Below, piece by piece: positions 25,751 to 39,800 of a stretch of 64,000 bases of DNA (its first letter is position 1; the number at the start of each line of letters is the position of its first letter). The stretch covers positions 244,714,001 through 244,778,000 of the forward strand of contig OZ024741.1 in assembly GCA_964016885.1 (NCBI GenBank). Reading direction: 5' to 3'. The notes below the pieces were generated by a model, which made no database searches, was not told the origin of the DNA, and worked only from the letters and a program-made list of their open reading frames with translations. A program made the translations under genes and the position numbers. This DNA is from Eledone cirrhosa (lineage: Eukaryota).

Positions 25751-28700
25751 TCACACTACATACAGCAAATCTGTGTCTGCACATGTACCAGTAACTACAG
25801 ATCGATCCGACCACGGACGGCCGGCCCACGATCGAAAAGGTAACTCCGCCAGCAAATCGTCATTTTTTGATTCGTTTTCTTCGAAGCACACCATTCGCCG
25901 CCGGACTTTGTTGACGTTTAACACGGTTTGGTTCCACAGCCACAACTATTGATTTTACGGTGATATCTTGCTGAAATTCACGCCACACATAGCCAATGAG
26001 TGTCTGCACATGTACCAGTAATTACAGATCGATCCGACCACGGGCGGCCGGTTTGCGATTGAAAAGGTAACTCCGCCGGCAAATCGTCATTTTTGGATTC
26101 GTTTTCTTCGAAGCACACCATTCGCCGGCGGACTTTGTTGACGTTTAACACGGTTTGGTTCCACAGCCACAACTATTGATTTTACGGAGATATCTTGCTG
26201 AAATTCACGCCACACATACCCAATGAGTGTCTGCACATGTACCAGTAATTACAGATCGATCCGCCCACGGGTGGCCGGCCCACGATCTAAAATGTAACTC
26301 CGCCGGCAAATCCGCATTTTTGTGATTAGTTTCTTCGAAGCACACCATTCGCCGCCGGACTTGAGCTTCCTCATTTAGCATGGGCAGCTTTTCTTGAAAA
26401 TCACACCACACTCAGCAAATGTGCGTCTGCACATGTACCAGTAATTACAGATCGATCGGACCACGGGCGGCCGGCTCACGATCGAAAAGGTAACTCCGCC
26501 GGCAAATCCGCATTTTTGTGATTCGTTTCTTCGAAGCACACCATTCGCCGCCGGACTTCAGCTTCCTCATTTAGCATGGGCAGCTTTTCTTGCAAATCAC
26601 ACTACACACAGCAAATCTGTGTCTGCACATGTACCAGTAACTACAGATCGATCCGACCACGGGCGGCCGGCCCGCGATTGAAAAGGTAACTCCGCCAGCA
26701 AATCGTCATTTTTTGATTCGTTTTCTTCGAAGCACACCATTCGCCGCCGGACTTTGTTGACGTTTAACACGGTTTGGTTCCACAGCCACAACTATTGATT
26801 TTACGGAGATATCTTGCTGAAATTCACGCCACACATAGCCAATGAGTGTCTGCACATGTACCAGTAATTACAGATCGATCGGACCACGGGCGGCCGGTTT
26901 GCGATCGAAAAGGTAACTCCGCCGGCAAATCCGCATTTTTGTGATTCGTTTCTTCGAAGCACACCATTTGCCGCCGGACTTCAGCTTCCTCATTTAGCAT
27001 GGGCAGCTTTTCTTGCAAATCACACTACATACAGCAAATCTGTGTCTGCACATGTACCAGTAACTACAGATCGATCCGACCACGGACGGCCGGCCCACGA
27101 TCGAAAAGGTAACTCCGCCGGCAAATCGTCATTTTTGGATTCGTTTTCTTCGAAGCACACCATTCGCCGGCGGACTTTGTTGACGTTTAACACGGTTTGG
27201 TTCCACAGCCACAACTATTGATTTTACGGAGATATCTTGCTGAAATTCACGCCACACATACCCAATGAGTGTCTGCACATGTACCAGTAATTACAGATCG
27301 ATCCGCCCACGGGTGGCCGGCCCACGATCTAAAATGTAACTCCGCCGGCAAATCCGCATTTTTGTGATTAGTTTCTTCGAAGCACACCATTCGCCGCCGG
27401 ACTTGAGCTTCCTCATTTAGCATGGGCAGCTTTTCTTGAAAATCACACCACACTCAGCAAATGTGTGTCTGCACATGTACCAGTAATTACAGATCGATCG
27501 GACCACGGGCGGCCGGTTTGCGATTGAAAAGGTAACTCCGCCGGCAAATCGTCATTTTTGGATTCGTTTTCTTCGAAGCACACCATTCGCCGCCGGACTT
27601 CAGCTTCCTCATTTAGCATGGGCAGCTTTTCTTGCAAATCACACTACACACAGCAAATCTGTGTCTGCACATGTACCAGTAACTACAGATCGATCCGACC
27701 ACGGACGGCCGGCCCACGATCGAAAAGGTAACTCCGCCAGCAAATCGTCATTTTTTGATTCGTTTTCTTCGAAGCACACCATTCGCCGCCGGACTTTGTT
27801 GACGTTTAACACGGTTTGGTTCCACAGCCACAACTATTGATTTTACGGTGATATCTTGCTGAAATTCACGCCACACATAGCCAATGAGTGTCTGCACATG
27901 TACCAGTAATTACAGATCGATCCGACCACGGGCGGCCGGTTTGCGATTGAAAAGGTAACTCCGCCGGCAAATCGTCATTTTTGGATTCGTTTTCTTCGAA
28001 GCACACCATTCGCCGGCGGACTTTGTTGACGTTTAACACGGTTTGGTTCCACAGCCACAACTATTGATTTTACGGAGATATCTTGCTGAAATTCACGCCA
28101 CACATACCCAATGAGTGTCTGCACATGTACCAGTAATTACAGATCGATCCGCCCACGGGTGGCCGGCCCACGATCTAAAATGTAACTCCGCCGGCAAATC
28201 CGCATTTTTGTGATTAGTTTCTTCGAAGCACACCATTCGCCGCCGGACTTGAGCTTCCTCATTTAGCATGGGCAGCTTTTCTTGAAAATCACACCACACT
28301 CAGCAAATGTGCGTCTGCACATGTACCAGTAATTACAGATCGATCGGACCACGGGCGGCCGGCTCACGATCGAAAAGGTAACTCCGCCGGCAAATCCGCA
28401 TTTTTGTGATTCGTTTCTTCGAAGCACACCATTCGCCGCCGGACTTCAGCTTCCTCATTTAGCATGGGCAGCTTTTCTTGCAAATCACACTACACACAGC
28501 AAATCTGTGTCTGCACATGTACCAGTAACTACAGATCGATCCGACCACGGGCGGCCGGCCCGCGATTGAAAAGGTAACTCCGCCAGCAAATCGTCATTTT
28601 TTGATTCGTTTTCTTCGAAGCACACCATTCGCCGCCGGACTTTGTTGACGTTTAACACGGTTTGGTTCCACAGCCACAACTATTGATTTTACGGAGATAT

Positions 28701-29526
28701 CTTGCTGAAATTCACGCCACACATAGCCAATGAGTGTCTGCACATGTACCAGTAATTACAGATCGATCGGACCACGGGCGGCCGGTTTGCGATCGAAAAG
28801 GTAACTCCGCCGGCAAATCCGCATTTTTGTGATTCGTTTCTTCGAAGCACACCATTTGCCGCCGGACTTCAGCTTCCTCATTTAGCATGGGCAGCTTTTC
28901 TTGCAAATCACACTACATACAGCAAATCTGTGTCTGCACATGTACCAGTAACTACAGATCGATCCGACCACGGACGGCCGGCCCACGATCGAAAAGGTAA
29001 CTCCGCCGGCAAATCGTCATTTTTGGATTCGTTTTCTTCGAAGCACACCATTCGCCGGCGGACTTTGTTGACGTTTAACACGGTTTGGTTCCACAGCCAC
29101 AACTATTGATTTTACGGAGATATCTTGCTGAAATTCACGCCACACATACCCAATGAGTGTCTGCACATGTACCAGTAATTACAGATCGATCCGCCCACGG
29201 GTGGCCGGCCCACGATCTAAAATGTAACTCCGCCGGCAAATCCGCATTTTTGTGATTAGTTTCTTCGAAGCACACCATTCGCCGCCGGACTTGAGCTTCC
29301 TCATTTAGCATGGGCAGCTTTTCTTGAAAATCACACCACACTCAGCAAATGTGTGTCTGCACATGTACCAGTAATTACAGATCGATCGGACCACGGGCGG
29401 CCGGTTTGCGATTGAAAAGGTAACTCCGCCGGCAAATCGTCATTTTTGGATTCGTTTTCTTCGAAGCACACCATTCGCCGCCGGACTTCAGCTTCCTCAT
29501 TTAGCATGGGCAGCTTTTCTTGCAAA
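25751..29526. repeat. 1888-bp (9-monomer) tandem duplication
   Basis: Offsets 25978/27866, 26824/28712, 27020/28908, 27247/29135; shared H monomer and actacataca/ggacggcc variants. Confidence 0.86.
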
Positions 29527-32500
29527 TCACACTACACACAGCAAATCTGTGTCTGCACATGTACCAGTAACTACAGATCGATCCGACCACGGGCGGGCGG
29601 CCCGCGATTGAAAAGGTAACTCCGCCAGCAAATCGTCATTTTTTGATTCGTTTTCTTCGAAGCACACCATTCGCCGCCGGACTTTGTTGACGTTTAACAC
29701 GGTTTGGTTCCACAGCCACAACTATTGATTTTACGGTGATATCTTGCTGAAATTCACGCCACACATAGCCAATGAGTGTCTGCACATGTACCAGTAATTA
29801 CAGATCGATCCGACCACGGGCGGCCGGTTTGCGATTGAAAAGGTAACTCCGCCGGCAAATCGTCATTTTTGGATTCGTTTTCTTCGAAGCACACCATTCG
29901 CCGGCGGACTTTGTTGACGTTTAACACGGTTTGGTTCCACAGCCACAACTATTGATTTTACGGAGATATCTTGCTGAAATTCACGCCACACATAGCCAAT
30001 GATTGTCTGCACATGTACCAGTAATTACAGATCGATCCGACCACGGGTGGCCGGCCCGCGATTGAAAAGGTAACTCCGCCAGCAAATCGTCATTTTTGGA
30101 TTCGTTTTCTTCGAAGCACACCATTCGCCGGCGGACTTTGTTGACGTTTAACACGGTTTGGTTCCACAGCCACAACTATTGATTTTACGGAGATATCTTG
30201 CTGAAATTCACGCCACACATACCCAATGAGTGTCTGCACATGTACCAGTAATTACAGATCGATCCGCCCACGGGTGGCCGGCCCACGATCTAAAATGTAA
30301 CTCCGCCGGCAAATCCGCATTTTTGTGATTAGTTTCTTCGAAGCACACCATTCGCCGCCGGACTTGAGCTTCCTCATTTAGCATGGGCAGCTTTTCTTGA
30401 AAATCACACCACACTCAGCAAATGTGTGTCTGCACATGTACCAGTAATTACAGATCGATCGGACCACGGGCGGCCGGTTTGCGATTGAAAAGGTAACTCC
30501 GCCGGCAAATCGTCATTTTTGGATTCGTTTTCTTCGAAGCACACCATTCGCCGCCGGACTTCAGCTTCCTCATTTAGCATGGGCAGCTTTTCTTGCAAAT
30601 CACACTACACACAGCAAATCTGTGTCTGCACATGTACCAGTAACTACAGATCGATCCGACCACGGGCGGCCGGCCCGCGATTGAAAAGGTAACTCCGCCA
30701 GCAAATCGTCATTTTTTGATTCGTTTTCTTCGAAGCACACCATTCGCCGCCGGACTTTGTTGACGTTTAACACGGTTTGGTTCCACAGCCACAACTATTG
30801 ATTTTACGGTGATATCTTGCTGAAATTCACGCCACACATAGCCAATGAGTGTCTGCACATGTACCAGTAATTACAGATCGATCCGACCACGGGCGGCCGG
30901 TTTGCGATTGAAAAGGTAACTCCGCCGGCAAATCGTCATTTTTGGATTCGTTTTCTTCGAAGCACACCATTCGCCGGCGGACTTTGTTGACGTTTAACAC
31001 GGTTTGGTTCCACAGCCACAACTATTGATTTTACGGAGATATCTTGCTGAAATTCACGCCACACATAGCCAATGATTGTCTGCACATGTACCAGTAATTA
31101 CAGATCGATCCGACCACGGGTGGCCGGCCCGCGATTGAAAAGGTAACTCCGCCAGCAAATCGTCATTTTTGGATTCGTTTTCTTCGAAGCACACCATTCG
31201 CCGGCGGACTTTGTTGACGTTTAACACGGTTTGGTTCCACAGCCACAACTATTGATTTTACGGAGATATCTTGCTGAAATTCACGCCACACATAGCCAAT
31301 GATTGTCTGCACATGTACCAGTAATTACAGATCGATCCGATCACGGGTGGCCGGCCCGCGATTGAAAAGGTAACTCCGCCAGCAAATCGTCATTTTTGGA
31401 TTCGTTTTCTTCGAAGCACACCATTCGCCGGCGGACTTTGTTGACGTTTAACACGGTTTGGTTCCACAGCCACAACTATTGATTTTACGGAGATATCTTG
31501 CTGAAATTCACGCCACACATACCCAATGAGTGTCTGCACATGTACCAGTAATTACAGATCGATCCGCCCACGGGTGGCCGGCCCACGATCTAAAATGTAA
31601 CTCCGCCGGCAAATCCGCATTTTTGTGATTAGTTTCTTCGAAGCACACCATTCGCCGCCGGACTTGAGCTTCCTCATTTAGCATGGGCAGCTTTTCTTGA
31701 AAATCACACCACACTCAGCAAATGTGTGTCTGCACATGTACCAGTAATTACAGATCGATCGGACCACGGGCGGCCGGTTTGCGATTGAAAAGGTAACTCC
31801 GCCGGCAAATCGTCATTTTTGGATTCGTTTTCTTCGAAGCACACCATTCGCCGCCGGACTTCAGCTTCCTCATTTAGCATGGGCAGCTTTTCTTGCAAAT
31901 CACACTACACAGCAAATCTGTGTCTGCACATGTACCAGTAACTACAGATCGATCCGACCACGGGCGGCCGGCCCGCGATTGAAAAGGTAACTCCGCCAGC
32001 AAATCGTCATTTTTTGATTCGTTTTCTTCGAAGCACACCATTCGCCGCCGGACTTTGTTGACGTTTAACACGGTTTGGTTCCACAGCCACAACTATTGAT
32101 TTTACGGTGATATCTTGCTGAAATTCACGCCACACATAGCCAATGAGTGTCTGCACATGTACCAGTAATTACAGATCGATCCGACCACGGGCGGCCGGTT
32201 TGCGATTGAAAAGGTAACTCCGCCGGCAAATCGTCATTTTTGGATTCGTTTTCTTCGAAGCACACCATTCGCCGGCGGACTTTGTTGACGTTTAACACGG
32301 TTTGGTTCCACAGCCACAACTATTGATTTTACGGAGATATCTTGCTGAAATTCACGCCACACATAGCCAATGATTGTCTGCACATGTACCAGTAATTACA
32401 GATCGATCCGACCACGGGTGGCCGGCCCGCGATTGAAAAGGTAACTCCGCCAGCAAATCGTCATTTTTGGATTCGTTTTCTTCGAAGCACACCATTCGCC

Positions 32501-35500
32501 GGCGGACTTTGTTGACGTTTAACACGGTTTGGTTCCACAGCCACAACTATTGATTTTACGGAGATATCTTGCTGAAATTCACGCCACACATACCCAATGA
32601 GTGTCTGCACATGTACCAGTAATTACAGATCGATCCGCCCACGGGTGGCCGGCCCACGATCTAAAATGTAACTCCGCCGGCAAATCCGCATTTTTGTGAT
32701 TAGTTTCTTCGAAGCACACCATTCGCCGCCGGACTTGAGCTTCCTCATTTAGCATGGGCAGCTTTTCTTGAAAATCACACCACACTCAGCAAATGTGTGT
32801 CTGCACATGTACCAGTAATTACAGATCGATCGGACCACGGGCGGCCGGTTTGCGATTGAAAAGGTAACTCCGCCGGCAAATCGTCATTTTTGGATTCGTT
32901 TTCTTCGAAGCACACCATTCGCCGCCGGACTTCAGCTTCCTCATTTAGCATGGGCAGCTTTTCTTGCAAATCACACTACACACAGCAAATCTGTGTCTGC
33001 ACATGTACCAGTAACTACAGATCGATCCGACCACGGGCGGCCGGCCCGCGATTGAAAAGGTAACTCCGCCAGCAAATCGTCATTTTTTGATTCGTTTTCT
33101 TCGAAGCACACCATTCGCCGCCGGACTTTGTTGACGTTTAACACGGTTTGGTTCCACAGCCACAACTATTGATTTTACGGTGATATCTTGCTGAAATTCA
33201 CGCCACACATAGCCAATGAGTGTCTGCACATGTACCAGTAATTACAGATCGATCGGACCACGGGCGGCCGGTTTGCGATTGAAAAGGTAACTCCGCCGGC
33301 AAATCGTCATTTTTGGATTCGTTTTCGTCCAAGCACACCATTCGCCGGCGGACTTTGTTGACGTTTAACACGGTTTGGTTCCACAGCCACAACTATTGAT
33401 TTTACGGAGATATCTTGCTGAAATTCACGCCACACATAGCCAATGATTGTCTGCACATGTACCAGTAATTACAGATCGATCCGACCACGGGTGGCCGGCC
33501 CGCGATTGAAAAGGTAACTCCGCCAGCAAATCGTCATTTTTGGATTCGTTTTCTTCGAAGCACACCATTCGCCGGCGGACTTTGTTGACGTTTAACACGG
33601 TTTGGTTCCACAGCCACAACTATTGATTTTACGGAGATATCTTGCTGAAATTCACGCCACACATACCCAATGAGTGTCTGCACATGTACCAGTAATTACA
33701 GATCGATCCGCCCACGGGTGGCCGGCCCACGATCTAAAATGTAACTCCGCCGGCAAATCCGCATTTTTGTGATTAGTTTCTTCGAAGCACACCATTCGCC
33801 GCCGGACTTGAGCTTCCTCATTTAGCATGGGCAGCTTTTCTTGAAAATCACACCACACTCAGCAAATGTGTGTCTGCACATGTACCAGTAACTACAGATC
33901 GATCGGACCACGGGCGGCCGGTTTGCGATTGAAAAGGTAACTCCGCCGGCAAATCGTCATTTTTGGATTCGTTTTCTTCGAAGCACACCATTCGCCGCCG
34001 GACTTCAGCTTCCTCATTTAGCATGGGCAGCTTTTCTTGCAAATCACACTACACACAGCAAATCTGTGTCTGCACATGTACCAGTAACTACAGATCGATC
34101 CGACCACGGGCGGCCGGCCCGCGATTGAAAAGGTAACTCCGCCAGCAAATCGTCATTTTTTGATTCGTTTTCTTCGAAGCACACCATTCGCCGCCGGACT
34201 TTGTTGACGTTTAACACGGTTTGGTTCCACAGCCACAACTATTGATTTTACGGTGATATCTTGCTGAAATTCACGCCACACATAGCCAATGAGTGTCTGC
34301 ACATGTACCAGTAATTACAGATCGATCGGACCACGGGCGGCCGGTTTGCGATTGAAAAGGTAACTCCGCCGGCAAATCGTCATTTTTGGATTCGTTTTCT
34401 TCGAAGCACACCATTCGCCGCCGGACTTCAGCTTCCTCATTTAGCATGGGCAGCTTTTCTTGCAAATCACACTACACACAGCAAATCTGTGTCTGCACAT
34501 GTACCAGTAACTACAGATCGATCCGACCACGGGCGGCCGGCCCGCGATTGAAAAGGTAACTCCGCCAGCAAATCGTCATTTTTTGATTCGTTTTCTTCGA
34601 AGCACACCATTCGCCGCCGGACTTTGTTGACGTTTAACACGGTTTGGTTCCACAGCCACAACTATTGATTTTACGGTGATATCTTGCTGAAATTCACGCC
34701 ACACATAGCCAATGAGTGTCTGCACATGTACCAGTAATTACAGATCGATCCGACCACGGGCGGCCGGTTTGCGATTGAAAAGGTAACTCCGCCGGCAAAT
34801 CGTCATTTTTGGATTCGTTTTCTTCGAAGCACACCATTCGCCGGCGGACTTTGTTGACGTTTAACACGGTTTGGTTCCACAGCCACAACTATTGATTTTA
34901 CGGAGATATCTTGCTGAAATTCACGCCACACATAGCCAATGATTGTCTGCACATGTACCAGTAATTACAGATCGATCCGACCACGGGTGGCCGGCCCGCG
35001 ATTGAAAAGGTAACTCCGCCAGCAAATCGTCATTTTTGGATTCGTTTTCTTCGAAGCACACCATTCGCCGGCGGACTTTGTTGACGTTTAACACGGTTTG
35101 GTTCCACAGCCACAACTATTGATTTTACGGAGATATCTTGCTGAAATTCACGCCACACATACCCAATGAGTGTCTGCACATGTACCAGTAATTACAGATC
35201 GATCCGCCCACGGGTGGCCGGCCCACGATCTAAAATGTAACTCCGCCGGCAAATCCGCATTTTTGTGATTAGTTTCTTCGAAGCACACCATTCGCCGCCG
35301 GACTTGAGCTTCCTCATTTAGCATGGGCAGCTTTTCTTGAAAATCACACCACACTCAGCAAATGTGTGTCTGCACATGTACCAGTAATTACAGATCGATC
35401 GGACCACGGGCGGCCGGTTTGCGATTGAAAAGGTAACTCCGCCGGCAAATCGTCATTTTTGGATTCGTTTTCTTCGAAGCGCACCATTCGCCGCCGGACT

Positions 35501-36839
35501 TCAGCTTCCTCATTTAGCATGGGCAGCTTTTCTTGCAAATCACACTACACACAGCAAATCTGTGTCTGCACATGTACCAGTAACTACAGATCGATCCGAC
35601 CACGGGCGGCCGGCCCGCGATTGAAAAGGTAACTCCGCCAGCAAATCGTCATTTTTTTATTCGTTTTCTTCGAAGCACACCATTCGCCGCCGGACTTTGT
35701 TGACGTTTAACACGGTTTGGTTCCACAGCCACAACTATTGATTTTACGGAGATATCTTGCTGAAATTCACGCCACACATAGCCAATGAGTGTCTGCACAT
35801 GTACCAGTAATTACAGATCGATCCGACCACGGGCGGCCGGTTTGCGATTGAAAAGGTAACTCCGCCGGCAAATCGTCATTTTTGGATTCGTTTTCTTCGA
35901 AGCACACCATTCGCCGGCGGACTTTGTTGACGTTTAACACGGTTTGGTTCCACAGCCACAACTATTGATTTTACGGAGATATCTTGCTGAAATTCACGCC
36001 ACACATAGCCAATGATTGTCTGCACATGTACCAGTAATTACAGATCGATCCGACCACGGGTGGCCGGCCCGCGATTGAAAAGGTAACTCCGCCAGCAAAT
36101 CGTCATTTTTGGATTCGTTTTCTTCGAAGCACACCATTCGCCGGCGGACTTTGTTGACGTTTAACACGGTTTGGTTCCACAGCCACAACTATTGATTTTA
36201 CGGAGATATCTTGCTGAAATTCACGCCACACATACCCAATGAGTGTCTGCACATGTACCAGTAATTACAGATCGATCCGCCCACGGGTGGCCGGCCCACG
36301 ATCTAAAATGTAACTCCGCCGGCAAATCCGCATTTTTGTGATTAGTTTCTTCGAAGCACACCATTCGCCGCCGGACTTGAGCTTCCTCATTTAGCATGGG
36401 CAGCTTTTCTTGAAAATCACACCACACTCAGCAAATGTGTGTCTGCACATGTACCAGTAATTACAGATCGATCGGACCACGGGCGGCCGGTTTGCGATTG
36501 AAAAGGTAACTCCGCCGGCAAATCGTCATTTTTGGATTCGTTTTCTTCGAAGCGCACCATTCGCCGCCGGACTTCAGCTTCCTCATTTAGCATGGGCAGC
36601 TTTTCTTGCAAATCACACTACACACAGCAAATCTGTGTCTGCACATGTACCAGTAACTACAGATCGATCCGACCACGGGCGGCCGGCCCGCGATTGAAAA
36701 GGTAACTCCGCCAGCAAATCGTCATTTTTTGATTCGTTTTCTTCGAAGCACACCATTCGCCGCCGGACTTTGTTGACGTTTAACACGGTTTGGTTCCACA
36801 GCCACAACTATTGATTTTACGGTGATATCTTGCTGAAAT

Positions 36840-39800
36840 TCACGCCACACATAGCCAATGAGTGTCTGCACATGTACCAGTAATTACAGATCGATCGGAC
36901 CACGGGCGGCCGGTTTGCGATTGAAAAGGTAACTCCGCCGGCAAATCGTCATTTTTGGATTCGTTTTCTTCGAAGCACACCATTCGCCGGCGGACTTTGT
37001 TGACGTTTAACACGGTTTGGTTCCACAGCCACAACTATTGATTTTACGGAGATATCTTGCTGAAATTCACGCCACACATAGCCAATGAGTGTCTGCACAT
37101 GTACCAGTAATTACAGATCGATCCACCCACGGGTGGCCGGCCCACGATCTAAAATGTAACTCCGCCGGCAAATCCGCATTTTTGTGATTAGTTTCTTCGA
37201 AGCACACCATTCGCCGCCGGACTTGAGCTTCCTCATTTAGCATGGGCAGCTTTTCTTGAAAATCACACCACACTCAGCAAATGTGTGTCTGCACATGTAC
37301 CAGTAATTACAGATCGATCGGACCACGGGCGGCCGGTTTGCGATTGAAAAGGTAACTCCGCCGGCAAATCGTCATTTTTGGATTCGTTTTCTTCGAAGCA
37401 CACCATTCGCCGCCGGACTTCAGCTTCCTCATTTAGCATGGGCAGCTTTTCTTGCAAATCACACTACACACAGCAAATCTGTGTCTGCACATGTACCAGT
37501 AACTACAGATCGATCCGACCACGGGCGGCCGGCCCGCGATTGAAAAGGTAACTCCGCCAGCAAATCGTCATTTTTTGATTCGTTTTCTTCGAAGCACACC
37601 ATTCGCCGCCGGACTTTGTTGACGTTTAACACGGTTTGGTTCCACAGCCACAACTATTGATTTTACGGTGATATCTTGCTGAAATTCACGCCACACATAG
37701 CCAATGAGTGTCTGCACATGTACCAGTAATTACAGATCGATCGGACCACGGGCGGCCGGTTTGCGATCGAAAAGGTAACTCCGCCGGCAAATCCGCATTT
37801 TTGTGATTCGTTTCTTCGAAGCACACCATTTGCCGCCGGACTTCAGCTTCCTCATTTAGCATGGGCAGCTTTTCTTGCAAATCACACTACACACAGCAAA
37901 TCTGTGTCTGCACATGTACCAGTAACTACAGATCGATCCGACCACGGGCGGCCGGCCCACGATCGAAAAGGTAACTCCGCCGGCAAATCGTCATTTTTGG
38001 ATTCGTTTTCTTCGAAGCACACCATTCGCCGGCGGACTTTGTTGACGTTTAACACGGTTTGGTTCCACAGCCACAACTATTGATTTTACGGAGATATCTT
38101 GCTGGAATTCACGCCACACATACCCAATGAGTGTCTGCACATGTACCAGTAATTACAGATCGATCCGCCCACGGGTGGCCGGCCCACGATCTAAAATGTA
38201 ACTCCGCCGGCAAATCCGCATTTTTGTGATTAGTTTCTTCGAAGCACACCATTCGCCGCCGGACTTGAGCTTCCTCATTTAGCATGGGCAGCTTTTCTTG
38301 AAAATCACACCACACTCAGCAAATGTGTGTCTGCACATGTACCAGTAATTACAGATCGATCGGACCACGGGCGGCCGGCTCACGATCGAAAAGGTAACTC
38401 CGCCGGCAAATCCGCATTTTTGTGATTCGTTTCTTCGAAGCACACCATTCGCCGCCGGACTTCAGCTTCCTCATTTAGCATGGGCAGCTTTTCTTGCAAA
38501 TCACACTACACACAGCAAATCGGTGTCTGCACATGTACCAGTAACTACAGATCGATCCGACCACGGGCGGCCGGCCCGCGATTGAAAAGGTAACTCCGCC
38601 AGCAAATCGTCATTTTTTTATTCGTTTTCTTCGAAGCACACCATTCGCCGGCGGACTTTGTTGACGTTTAACACGGTTTGGTTCCACAGCCACAACTATT
38701 GATTTTACGGAGATATCTTGCTGAAAATCACGCCACACATACCCAATGAGTGTCTGCACATGTACCAGTAATTACAGATCGATCCGCCCACGGGTGGCCG
38801 GCCCACGATCTAAAATGTAACTCCGCCGGCAAATCCGCATTTTTGTGATTAGTTTCTTCGAAGCACACCATTCGCCGCCGGACTTGAGCTTCCTCATTTA
38901 GCATGGGCAGCTTTTCTTGAAAATCACACCACACTCAGCAAATGTGCGTCTGCACATGTACCAGTAATTACAGATCGATCGGACCACGGGCGGCCGGCTC
39001 ACGATCGAAAAGGTAACTCCGCCGGCAAATCCGCATTTTTGTGATTCGTTTCTTCGAAGCACACCATTCGCCGCCGGACTTCAGCTTCCTCATTTAGCAT
39101 GGGCAGCTTTTCTTGCAAATCACACTACACACAGCAAATCTGTGTCTGCACATGTACCAGTAACTACAGATCGATCGGACCACGGGCGGCCGGTTTGCGA
39201 TTGAAAAGGTAACTCCGCCGGCAAATCGTCATTTTTGGATAGGTTTTCTTCGAAGCACACCATTCGCCGGCGGACTTTGTTGACGTTTAACACGGTTTGG
39301 TTCCACAGCCACAACTATTGATTTTACGGAGATATCTTGCTGAAATTCACGCCACACATAGCCAATGAGTGTCTGCACATGTACCAGTAATTACAGATCG
39401 ATCGGACCACGGGCGGCCGGTTTGCGATTGAAAAGGTAACTCCGCCGGCAAATCGTCATTTTTGGATTCGTTTTCTTCGAAGCACACCATTCGCCGGCGG
39501 ACTTTGTTGACGTTTAACACGGTTTGGTTCCACAGCCACAACTATTGATTTTACGGAGATATCTTGCTGAAATTCACGCCACACATAGCCAATGAGTGTC
39601 TGCACATGTACCAGTAATTACAGATCGATCCACCCACGGGTGGCCGGCCCACGATCTAAAATGTAACTCCGCCGGCAAATCCGCATTTTTGTGATTAGTT
39701 TCTTCGAAGCACACCATTCGCCGCCGGACTTGAGCTTCCTCATTTAGCATGGGCAGCTTTTCTTGAAAATCACACCACACTCAGCAAATGTGTGTCTGCA

